DNA of 63,981 nt, filler included, from Albugo candida (taxonomy: Eukaryota), in NCBI GenBank assembly GCA_040437565.1. It is 2 parts of 2 records of this genome, joined end to end, with 100 filler letters (N's around TTAATTAATTAA, not from the genome) between each part and the next. Parts side by side here need not be neighbours in the genome. Positions count along the whole stretch, not along the records: positions 32,084 to 63,981 come from JBDOQK010000097.1; 1 more part is not named here. One strand, 5' to 3'. Both the position numbers and the translations under genes were made by a program. This document shows positions 53,350 through 63,981 of this stretch, piece after piece (position 1 is the first letter of the stretch; every line of letters starts with the position of its first letter). The notes under the pieces are model-generated. The model was not told where the DNA came from, did no database searches, and saw only the letters and a program-made list of their open reading frames with translations.

Positions 53350-56300
53350 TGAAGCCGAACAAATTAGTGAAGGCGAATGACCTGGAGAGTTCGAGATGAG
53401 GACCCTTGATCGATATCTCACTGGAATGGCAAGGTAGCACTTCGACAAGGTTAAATGGATCTGGGCATCAGAATTATCAACCGTTGAAAATCTGATGAAC
53501 AGCGTGTTGAAAGTCTACGACAGATAAATTTTTAAGGAGCAAGCCTCAAGTTTGATGAGGGCGAGGAAAAAATATGATCGATCCTGAACGGAGAACTATC
53601 AATACCTGGTTGCGGTTACATGTTCGGAAAATCTTCCAGAACGCTTTGTTCTTGGTTCTTATTCAAAGGAGCAGCTCCGGCGGTGAAGCAAGCCATAAAG
53701 ACGAGGTCCGACCGCTACCGTACTAGCCATCTCTAGCAGGCATAATAGTGGGCGGACTTTTCCACGATATTTGAGAACAATACAAGCGAGAACGCGCTTA
53801 GTGTGGTCAGAAAGTCTACTCCAGGTCGTAATAATTCATGGAGTTCTGACGTCGCGACAAAGGCAGTGGCGCATGGAGAGTTAAAGCGATGTGGGGGGGG
53901 GCTGCAGACTAAGTCGGCCCTACAAAGTGAGATTGTCCGAGAAGTACGAGCACAGATGNNNNNNNNNNNNNNNNNNNNNNNNNNNNNNNNNNNNNNNNNN
54001 NNNNNNNNNNNNNNNNNNNNNNNNNNNNNNNNNNNNNNNNNNNNNNNNNNNNNNNNNNATCAACTTAGTTGATCACGCATTCAACTATTGTAGAATGTTC
54101 CTTGCGCGGAAAAGAACCTTGTTGCGCAGATGTAACAGCATCTCTAACTTTTTTCGTTTCCTCTTTTGATTACCAATCCCACATTTTAAGTACGGATCGC
54201 GGAGGCAAATATCGCAATGTCGATATGTTTTACAAGTCGGCTGGGTTAATAAGACAAGTAAGCGAGATAAATAAACAAGCGCCAAATGAAAAGGCAGAAC
54301 ACATGCATATTACTGCGCTAAATATGAACCGATGCATGTTGTTCTCAAGTGGATTGCCTTCACGATTCTGGGGTATTGCGGTGCCGTACGCCGCGTATAA
54401 TTAAAATCGCAAGCCCGAGCATCTCGACTTTGAATAGAGCACCGCCGCTTGAGCTACTGGCGGATAAAAATGTAGCAATTCACGCATATTGGTGACTGGA
54501 AGTCCTTGCACCGCATATCGCGACCCGGGATGCAGAACATGGAAGCCGCGGGACAAGGCTGGGATGATTGTAGTAACACATGATGAAGCTAAGGGATTCA
54601 AGATGTACCTTTTCCCACGAGAAGTTGGTAGTGACAACGCAACACGCCGTATTGTTGAAACAATGGGAATTGACGAATATCAGCATTTATAGGATCATCT
54701 ACATCAAGAACATTCATCCGTGTAAGCCGTCAAGCGGAAGGAGACATACGCGTGATCAAAGAAAACGTTTAAAGGCGGGTAACGGTGGCAGAAAAGGCAT
54801 GAAGAAAATAAAAAGACTTAAAACTACTCGATCCATTGGCGCGAGAAACGTTACGGTGGCGATGGTTGTTGTGGTTGGAGATCCTACCATTTATCGAGAA
54901 GAAAAAACATAGTTCGTGGAGGCAGAGAAGTTGCTTGATGCGACACTCTCGGAATGTGAATTCCTGAAGGCAAACGGTACGAATGAGCTTACAATAAGCC
55001 CGTCGTGTTAGAAGTCACTACGTTCCAAATGGGTTTTCAACACGAAAAGGTGCTCAAATGGAATTCTTGTGAGATTTAAGTCGAGACTTGTGGCATGCGG
55101 TAACGAGCAGGTACATGGAGTGGTTACACTTATGATTAAGCGCTTTGGTGGCCATGACGACAGAAAAAGTCGTGCTATCTCTGGCAAAATTATGGAGAGT
55201 ACCAGCTTGATATGACGATGTTCAAAACATTTGCGTAAAAAGCCGAGAAAGAGGAAGATCTTGAAATTGTCGTCCACGTGCCTTAGGGTGTATAGTTTGA
55301 TGCGGATTAGATAAGCAGTCTTGGAACTCATGAAAAGATCAAGACGGCGTTGAGACTTTGCAAAAGCCTGCATGGGCTTAAATAAGCCGGACGCTTGTGG
55401 GCACAATTTCTACACGGTACACTATTCACGATCGGATTTATCCAGTGTCATTGTTTATACAAGGAAGCTGGGGGGTCGGCGACCAATCTAATGGGAATCT
55501 ATGTGATCGGCTCGTTGGTTACCGGAACAAGCGTCAGCGAGGTGAACAATTTTATTAGGACATGTGAGTGCTTGAAGTGAAAGACCTCGGAGATGTGACC
55601 AAGTTATTTGGCATCGGAATGACTTACGACAACAAAAATCTTTATTATCTTAAAAAAGCACAAAGTATTCGCGAAACTCTCCCTGAAATCCATTTGGAGC
55701 AGGCTTACTCATCGCGTGCACTCATTGGCGAGTAACAAGATGGCGAGGAACAGAATGGCAAGGATAAGGGTGAGTTATTGCCACGTTGGGGTGTCACCAC
55801 GGTTGTGTACCCCACTGTCAGAATGTTTTCAATCCATCATTGGAAGTCTGTTGTGGATGGTGCGTCCTAGAAACCGGATGTTGCGTTCGCTGTGTATCGA
55901 GCAAGTTGATGTGCGCACGCCCCACGAGAATATGACTGTCGTTGGATAAAGAGAATCGTTCGCTATCTGAATGGTACGATTGAACTTAAGTTAAAACTAG
56001 AAGGAACGGCCACAGAGGGTGAATCGTCAACGATTATGCTGGAACTCTAAGGTGACGCAGATTACGCAGTGAATCGGACGGACCGTAAATCGGTCAGTGG
56101 GGGTGTCATTTTTCTAAGTGAAATGATTGTCGGGTGGATGTGCCGTAAACAAGTGAACGTCGCTTTATCCACGATTGTGGCCGAGTTCGTGGCAGCTTCA
56201 ATGGTGGCAAGTGATTTGTTCAGACTGGATGGAGTATTTGCTAGGAGAATTTGAATTGCGTGTTGCAAGCCAATGGTGATGCACTTGAATGATCAAGCTG

Positions 56301-56701
56301 GGATAAGACTGATTTAACGAAAAAAAAGCGCAGACAGGGATAAGCATATAGCGGTGCGACTCAAGTTTATTGAGAATTGAAGTCAGAAGAAAGTGAACAA
56401 GGTGGACTATTGAGTTACGGTCGTGCAAGCTGACAATCTTACCAAGACGTTCCCTGCGCCACGCCTCAATGAGATGCGCAAGCTACTCTTACTTCTTTAA
56501 TGGCACCTTGGGAAGGTGTGTTGAAAATGCGCGACTACTGATGTCGAAAGAACACGACTCTTTGAGTGGATAAAGCGCCTCTTGGTAATCTACGACGATG
56601 ATGATTTTAGGAACTGATAGAAGAGGTGATTGGAACGTAAGCTTTGAAAAAACCAGTTTAGCATTTACCCCACAGTCCTCAAGAAAGATGAACAAACAAC
56701 A
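53350..56701 (+). mobile_element. Decayed copia retrotransposon (gag, integrase, RT, RNase H, 3' LTR from 56519)
   Basis: ILSTDRGGKY...RCMLFSSGLPSRFWG; RT RSKWVF...RFKSRLVACG; RNase H DRKSVSGG...WMCRKQVNVALSTIVAEFVA. Confidence 0.85.
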
Positions 56702-58036
56702 CCTTCTTCACAGAATATTTAATTTTCAAACTAGCATTGGTTTGTATATTCTCGAAGCACAACAATGTTTTTACGTTTTTAAAATGAGGATGGTTTTTCT
56801 GGGCACATCCGTCTGGTGCAATCGCTGAAATGGTTGGGGTACATTGGAAAGCATGTTTTGTAAATAGTCCCTTAGTTCATTTATAGCAAATCTAAGTCCA
56901 TACCGAAGCTGTCTTGACAGCAACTTCTATATCGTGGGCAACGACATTACTGATGCTGACTTGTCAGGTAAGAAATCTCTCCCAACACTGTACAAATTAG
57001 TTTCTTTCTAGCATAATCTTATGATAGTCTACTTCAAAGTTCAAATTAGAGCACAATAACATGTAATACTTACTCAAAATATGGATGGTTTCTTCGGGTA
57101 CTTTTTCCAGGTATATTCGCTAAACAAGCTGAACGCGCTACGATGTATGAAAAATCTTTGTCGGAATTTCGAACGTACCACACTATACTCTGTTATTACA
57201 GGTCCCTATACTTGAATTTGGGCGAAAAGACACACATGTTGAATTGAATGTGCGCTTGCACTTGCACTAGAATCACCCTTCCTTTCTATCTGGTTATACC
57301 ACTCTTCCAAGATATTGTTATGAACTAAATTTTATCATTGATTCCTTCTACAGCTATGTAGAGTGGGATACTGCTGAAGGAAACATATACAACTGTGCGA
57401 AAGACCAGTCGGCTTTGGATGGGATATCTTAGATGCAACCGAGTTATCGAAAAATTCTAAAAGTGGTGTCTTGATGTGTTTATGACCTCTCAAATCGTTA
57501 GTGTTATGCTTATTTCATGTTCTACATAGGCGCCAGAGATTTTCTTTATAGCAACAATGTATCAGAAATGTCGGTTGAATATAGTGGTCTGAAGCAACAT
57601 ACACATTTATTTTTAATGGAAATTGCTGCGTAAACAACCCTAAATTTGGAAATTACAAACATATGCTCTACTTTCCTAGCGCCATGTCCGCTGCTCTCAA
57701 GTCCAATTCTATTTGGTGGCAGTAAGACCATAAGAAAAGCTGAAGTTATTTTAAGCAAAGTAAACGTAGCCTTGCCTAGTAGGAGTTTAGTTGTCAAAGC
57801 CGGTAAGTGAATTAGAGAAAAATTATTTATATCAAGCTGATAATTTCTTACATCCTACTACGTTAGTGACGCTGCGTAAGGGAAGGCTATTGGTAGAGGT
57901 GCACCACCAGATCATGTGTTTCGATCCGATATGCTGTGAAAACTGCATGCTTTAGAGAAAGCTTAGTTAGAATCAGAAAAGAGCGCAAATCAACAAAAGG
58001 CAACCGTGGCTGGATTTTCTTTTCTCAGATCGCACT

Positions 58037-58265
58037 TGTTGCGTAGAAGGTAGAAGTAAAAGTAAAAATATATTAGCATTAACCTTGCATGTCAGCACTA
58101 CAACATGCATGTGCAGTGGCAGAACAAACTTGACTATGTCACGTTTAAAATGACCTTCGTCTGGTACCATGTGGTGACCTTCTCTCTTTGTCCCATCTGT
58201 CACATTGTCACAAAAACAGTCGTTCAGTTGATGTCGGAAATTACCTGTGATGGGTCTTGCAGTTA
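58037..58265 (-). mobile_element. LTR-like repeat homologous to 22310-22538
   Basis: Inverted-orientation homology to the 22.3-22.5 kb segment; ends ...CAACA; no TSD seen. Confidence 0.6.
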
Positions 58266-58354
58266 AAATGCAAGCCCTTGACGACCTGTCAAGACAGAAT
58301 CGTCTAAGAGTTACTCCCACCAGCCAGAAGTGGACTTGGGAGTAGCGGACACGG

Positions 58355-58510
58355 CGGTACGAAAGTAGGGGGTATTTTGTAATTTCTATTTTCAGGAATG
58401 GTAGACTCCTTAATTTACTTAATTGAAGGTACGAAAGTAGAGGTATGTTTGTAATTTCTCTATATAGGGGTGTGTCCGTAGTCAAAATAGGGTGTGTCCG
58501 CAGCAATTCC
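58355..58510. repeat. Orphan MULE-like TIR end with internal direct repeats
   Basis: Duplicated GGTACGAAAGTAG...TTTGTAATTTCT and duplicated GGGTGTGTCCG; terminal AATTCCC like the other MULE ends here. Confidence 0.45.
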
Positions 58511-59942
58511 CTTTTCAATGAGCCTGAGCTTTTTCAACCATAGATACTATAGTCGAGCATGACATTCCGTTTCTCACGAAACTCATTAAAAAACGATTCG
58601 ACTGAGATAAAAATAATCCAAGACCTGGTGAAATCAAAAAAGAAGTGGTAAATCAGAGCGGTGTTGATCATTCCGCAACAGTAAGCTCGAGGACAGTAAG
58701 AAACTTACTTTTATCCTGACGCTAATACAAGATGCATGCTGATGTGTACCGAACTCGAATTTCCAACGCGGCTGTAATGGGGTAAATTCATTGTCCGTAC
58801 TCGTTCTATATATGTTACTGAATTTTTTACTCTGTTTTTGTGATGAACAAGTTGAAGCTAATCTCACAAGATGGAACGCTCAAATGTTGTAGCCTGTTTT
58901 GGATTCTATAATAAAGCTAGCATTCAACGTTTTCGGCCTTAGTATGAGGATGGTGCAGCTGCTACGGATCATTTGTTTTCGTCTTTCGAAATATTAGTTC
59001 TATGTCTCGGCCAGCAGAGGGGAAATGTTCTGCGCCTTTTGAGCTATTCAAAATAATCTACTTCATTCTTCAGAAAGAGGTTTGCGGCACCTTCATTAAC
59101 TTGATATATTTGGATGTCGAAGTACCAGCGCTGTTATCCGCTGTAAGTTTGACTAAAGAATGAGCTGTTCTCTATCAAAATACTACCATCAATATTAACT
59201 CTGTCCTTTTTTTGTTCTCATTTTATTTATTTTCCCGTTTCGTTCTTTACTATCAACATGGAAGGTACTGGTTCCATTCCGTACCAAAATTGAGAGCATG
59301 AGTATATCCGTTTCTTGGCTTGATCGGGACGAGGCAAGCGACAAACATTAGGTATTCATTTCAAAATTGCTATGGGAAGTTGCTATCAAATATATCATAC
59401 AAATGCTCGATGCGGCAATGACGCTGTATACCACACGACCAAATAATGATACAAAATGCAAAGGATGTGTACTATACGTGTACACATTTGTGTTCAACAT
59501 TAGCCAGGGAAAGCGCCGAAGAGCAACAGCAAGATAGAAGCACCTTCGGTGACAGGACTTACGCTAATCCAAGCGAAATCGTTCAATCAATAATTAGGGT
59601 CAATCAAAAACTCCACTCGTACATTTTGTGTGATGTAAAGTGATAAACGGCGTGATAAAGCAATGCGGACATAACATAGCTGTTTCTCCGATGTGGATTT
59701 TTCCTTCCGTAGCCATTCATCCCTCAAAAACGTTTGCTTTGCGTTCCCGCTAAGTATCCAAAACTGCAAAGGCATCTCGTAGATATAAATTTGCGAACAA
59801 ATTTCTGTAAACCTTGCAGTCAGGGATATGGTCTTAATCTCCGACCATAAAGTGACTACCGTTTTATTTGAATGTAGTTGAGCAACGAATTGATTTCTAT
59901 CACCTAAGTGAATTGTGCTTACGCACTCAAAGGTGTTGAAGT

Positions 59943-60189
59943 TGGGGGTCCATACCCAGCTTAGTCGGTTAAACACTTGATCGCATGGACCCCCTGCCGC
60001 AGGTCGTTAGTTCCATCCCCGGCAGTGTGGGCAGCGGTTTGAGACCACCAAAGCATTAAGCGTGAAAAATATCTGCCTCCCCGAGTTTGGAGACAGATTT
60101 GAGTGATGTTCACACGGTCAGGGGATCATGGGGGATAAGGGAGGTAGTTAAAAAAAACTAGATAAAAAGTGTAATGAAATCCTTCACAA
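59943..60189 (+). mobile_element. tRNA-derived SINE, full length with TSD
   Basis: Perfect 16-bp TSD TCAAAGGTGTTGAAGT at 59927-59942 and 60190-60205; A-box-like CAGCTTAGTCGG; B-box-like GTTCCATCC. Confidence 0.92.
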
Positions 60190-60539
60190 TCAAAGGTGTT
60201 GAAGTATGAATTAGAAGATATTGAGCAGTACAGTCTCGTTCCATCTTAAGCGACTGAACTAACTAAGGGACACGAACCCAATATTGATATCCTAGATAAG
60301 AATGTTATGCGATTAAGTGTTATCTTTCGAGAAATGCTATCAAGTATATAAGAAACATAGTGAGTGGTTGATATCTGGGAATGGTACATCTAAGCAGACA
60401 TCAATACGTCGTATTTTTCTTGTAGGAATGTATTCAACGAGATCCAATTTATCAGTGTTGGGTTAGTATCGGTGGATGATAAAGATAACTGGAGGTGGTT
60501 ATGAAAAATTTTGCTCTCCCCCTCCATCCAACTCTAGCA

Positions 60540-61450
60540 TTTGTGATATTCGAGAGGAGGCAATGCCTTATCAAGAAACGCAGATAATGACGTCACACAT
60601 TCCACACTTTTTTTTCAATAAGAAATTATGGGGAAGTTTGACGAGAAATACAAGTCCAAGTTGTTGAACAATTGGCGCTTATATTGGTTCATTCACGTCG
60701 AAGGTGGAGTACGAGAAGCTGTTATAGAATATCGTCAGCTTGGGCAGTTCTTCGATGTTGCTTCGAGGGTTGGCCTTACAGAATGGCTAATAGCTCACTC
60801 CCGATGTCCAAGATACAACCCTTCAGATCAAATGGAAGCGGTAAGCAGTGTGTTGAATAGAATTTGGAGTCTTCCCATCATCAACTTCCTGATTGTGTTT
60901 GAGCGTCAAGCGGCACCAAAGTGGGCTGAAAACATTAGATGAAGGAGATTGTGAGGGTAACTCTATATGCATCGCGCAAGGTGGTTAGACGATCGCTGCT
61001 GTGAAGTGGGGTCAAATCGATGAATTCTTGACCTGTTGCTTCATCGTCACAGCCCACTCAGGACTAGGGGTATTCCGATGAAGTTAGCTATTCGATTCCG
61101 TGTTAACGTTGTACGATGCTCGTGTGGTTACTTCGAAGATGTTAGGTCACCTTGCGTTCTTGCACTACTAGCCATGAAGCATCCCGTAAAATTGACCAAT
61201 ATGGTTACGTCTGTTCAAAGAGATACGAAGACAACATAATCTCAGTCGTGCGAAATGATTTTCACACCAGAGCTGTGCTCGATGCTTCATCAATTTTCGA
61301 GAGAACGAGGGCGTGAAAAGAAGAAGTGATTCGAAAGCAAGCTAGTAAGAAAAGCTGAAAAGTTCCAAACAAGAACGCATGGAATTTCCAACCATTCTGG
61401 CCAAAACCGTAGGAGATGTTCGGCATGCGACACATCATCATGACATGTTC
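60540..61450 (+). mobile_element. MULE transposase C-terminal relic with SWIM zinc finger
   Basis: RCSCGYFEDVRSPCVLAL (SWIM CxC...CxH-like) and a terminal RRCSAC knuckle remnant. Confidence 0.65.
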
Positions 61451-61859
61451 TCTTTCATACATAGTGCATTTTAATCGCATTTTTGATCCAATATTGGGTT
61501 TTCTTCGCTATTATGATAGGCATGTGTACAGGCATGCAGCCTGAACTTCCTAAAGTATTTTTATAGCTTGTTTCCATTTCATCACCATTTTTTCTGAAAG
61601 GAAAAATATGCTGCAAAAAACACTTTGCGTAAGGTATACTACCAAAAATGTATTAAGAAATTCGTTTTTTGAGAACCTATGGATTTTATACCACTTTTCA
61701 AGAAAAATATAATTATAAACCAAAAGTTTGAAAAATACGGTTTGTATACCAAAACGAATATTACACGGGCGAAAGTGACAAAAAACACTTATAAAAAGTA
61801 CACCAAAAATTCTGAATTTTATGTGAGATTATGAAACATATAGTTTTTCATCACAAGGA

Positions 61860-63657
61860 AGAGATTAATCCTTGCAGGTGTGCTTGTTTTGGCCGTAGCT
61901 ACCGCATGTAGTGCACTTGTTGCAGCGCTTCTTCTTGAAAGCTTCTGTAGCAGCCTGAGACTCGATTCGCTACTACTTCTTTGGCCGGCCATGATTCTTG
62001 AACACCGTGAGAGGTTGGTTCTTTTCTAAACTCGTCAGCTCATCCATCGTCACGCATGGACTCCTGAATACCATGGGATCGTAAGCACGATGGTACACTT
62101 CCTTGGGCCACGACGCATCGCAGGAAGTCTTGAGTAGCAAGAGCTCGTTGACGGATCGAAGGGCCGCATAGAGATGAGAGCATGAAATTTTAATGTCGCC
62201 AAATTAGCCACAAGAACATGGAATTCCAGGATTATCCAAAACAACAGAATACTCGACAGGTATTATCTCCATCTTTTCTGACCTTGACCACGATGGATGA
62301 CAGGCAACTCGAGATGATTTCGATCTTGTCAACTACAGGGCAAAGCGCTTGCGCTCGAATTCCTTGGTTGCGTAATCTTTGAGTTCCCCCCCCCACGAAC
62401 CCGACTTGGCGACGAGATCAACCCACTTGATCCTTATTACTTTTTCACCGCCGTGAGACAGTCCAGAAGTGGCTTCTCTCTAGCATTCTGCGAGAAGTTA
62501 TGAACAGAATCCACGTTGTTAATAATCATGAACCCTAAGCGCGGACGTATACAATACGCGACAGCCCATTCGAGCTTGTTTGCATCTAGTAGCCATTGTA
62601 ATGATTTTGCAGTTTTTCCCTCAACTCACTGGCTCGCCGTTTGAAGGACGCAACCGTCAAGGACTTGGCCACATTCCATGCTTGATTCTCTATTATCGCA
62701 TTGCGTAACTTAAATTCTCGAGCATGTGACGAACACACAGTGAGGGATATCACCTGCTTTAACTTCCATGGCCGGAATGAGACCCTTGTCACGATCGGAG
62801 ATGACCAATCCTGGCGCTTCTATATAGCGCAGAAGAAAGTTCAGGAACCCTGACCAATTGTATTTTGTCTCGTCTAACACCCAAACGACCGCGACAATTT
62901 GGATCACATTGTTACTCTTTTACAGCAAGCGAAAAAAGGACTCCACCACATTTGAGTTTTATAAATGCACCATCCAAATTGATACCGCTATCTGCAAATT
63001 CGCGAAACACATTGTTGCCGGGCTTGTGTACGATGACAGCCCGGAAAATTGGTTCTCACGAAACGCGATATCTGCCTTGTGTCCACGCTTATCCGTTTCG
63101 TGTACGTATGACAAGCTGAACTAGTACGGCGTGCGATCTCCATGGCAGAGTTTCGCTTTGAGCCGAATGCAGGCGTCCAATCAAGTCTGTTATGTCAGTC
63201 GACGCCCAGCTGCCGTCGGCTTCTTCAGCATCTCACTTTAAATCGTGACGACCCTTATCAAGGCGAACTATAGGGCCTAATCAAGCAAAGCGGCGTATCA
63301 AGACTTGTTTCCCCAACTCGTTTCGTATGAAGCCAAGTCGACCCTCGTAGCGTCGTGTGCTGCATTAACGAATGAGGTGGCTCAAATCCCCTACCAAACG
63401 CAAAAGCGACTACGAAGCTGCAATGCGAATCGAGACACATCACCTTGTAGCGTCCGTGGTCACTTGATATGACACGAAACACTGGTCCAATTTTTTTTTT
63501 TCGTTGTGTTCAATAATGGACCGTCGCGAGTGGCGTAGTCGCCTGAGTAGGAAAAATAGGCGCGACCGTCCGTCCAGTCCCCTGGCAAAAATCCCGGACT
63601 TGACTCGTCTACCTCACCAACGTAACCGTCCTTGCGGGTAGTAGTGATAGTCGCCAT
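61860..63657 (-). mobile_element. MuDR-type MULE transposase pseudogene
   Basis: FRVISSDHGRYKVMCLDSHCSF (MuDR DNA-binding domain); ETKYNWSGFL...VISDRDKGLIPAM (MULE catalytic domain); C-terminal CTTCGSYGQNKHTC. Confidence 0.85.
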
Positions 63658-63692
63658 GCAGATATTCTAAGAAAGTAGCATACAAGAATGTG

Positions 63693-63694
<2 letters not shown>

Positions 63695-63728
<34 letters not shown>
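63695..63728 (-). repeat. Poly(A) tract (minus strand) just 3' of tRNA-Tyr
   Basis: About 34 consecutive T on the plus strand, ending 26 nt from the tRNA 3' end. Confidence 0.9.
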
Positions 63729-63732
<4 letters not shown>

Positions 63733-63754
63733 GAATATAAAAGAAATTATTAAC

Positions 63755-63838
63755 TCCGAGTGGCCGGAATCGAACCAGCGACCAATTGATTTCGGTGTAT
63801 ACTACAGTCAATCGCTCTACCAACTGAGCTACACTCGG
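63755..63838 (-). tRNA. tRNA-Tyr(GTA) with 11-nt intron (63791-63801)
   Basis: CCGAGTG/CACTCGG acceptor stem, A box TAGCTCAGTTGG, anticodon stem ATTGA/TCAAT with GTA, intron after position 37, B box GTTCGATTC, discriminator A, no encoded CCA, downstream TTTCTTTT terminator-like run. Confidence 0.96.
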
Positions 63839-63840
63839 AA

Positions 63841-63981
63841 ACTTCTCAATTTGCCGAATACTAAGTAACCGGCCAATTTAGCAAAACAACTCGAAAAAAC
63901 AACCTTTTTCAACTCCTTCCTCTCGAAAACAATGGTTCAAGTCGACATATCGACACAACCCAGGGTGCTAGCGTCCACTTG
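63841..63981 (+). mobile_element. 5' end of a second copy of the 40582 LINE family (runs off the window)
   Basis: Homologous to 40582-40722; same 91-nt 5' UTR; ORF1 ATG at 63932 (MVQVDISTQPRVLAST). Confidence 0.88.

Noticed and set aside
57973-58518. 181-aa ORF
   Set aside because: Reads through a TIR end and an LTR-like repeat; chance frame.

Overview
Eukaryotic, repeat-dominated, gene-sparse draft-assembly window, probably from an oomycete (an Albugo-like biotroph is my guess from the TE families and codon style; this is inference). It contains many 100-N gaps and an artificial TTAATTAATTAA linker at 32028-32039. Most of it is nested, decayed transposons: several Ty1/copia LTR elements (one near full length with both LTRs and TSD, plus a solo LTR), several Mutator/MULE elements with TIRs and 8-bp TSDs, three IS630/Tc1-like DDE transposon relics, L1-like LINEs with zf-RVT domains, and three copies of a tRNA-derived SINE. 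Non-TE content is small: an intact intron-containing tRNA-Tyr(GTA), one intact 305-aa secreted pepsin-fold protein without canonical catalytic motifs, several decayed signal-peptide genes and a 107-bp tandem array. The best finding is that both 5'-complete copies of one LINE family start head-to-head, 2-3 bp from the 5' end of two different Pol III units (tRNA-Tyr and the tRNA-derived SINE), at almost the same distance from the A box. This suggests a tRNA-gene-targeting non-LTR retrotransposon, or a head-to-head co-insertion mechanism.
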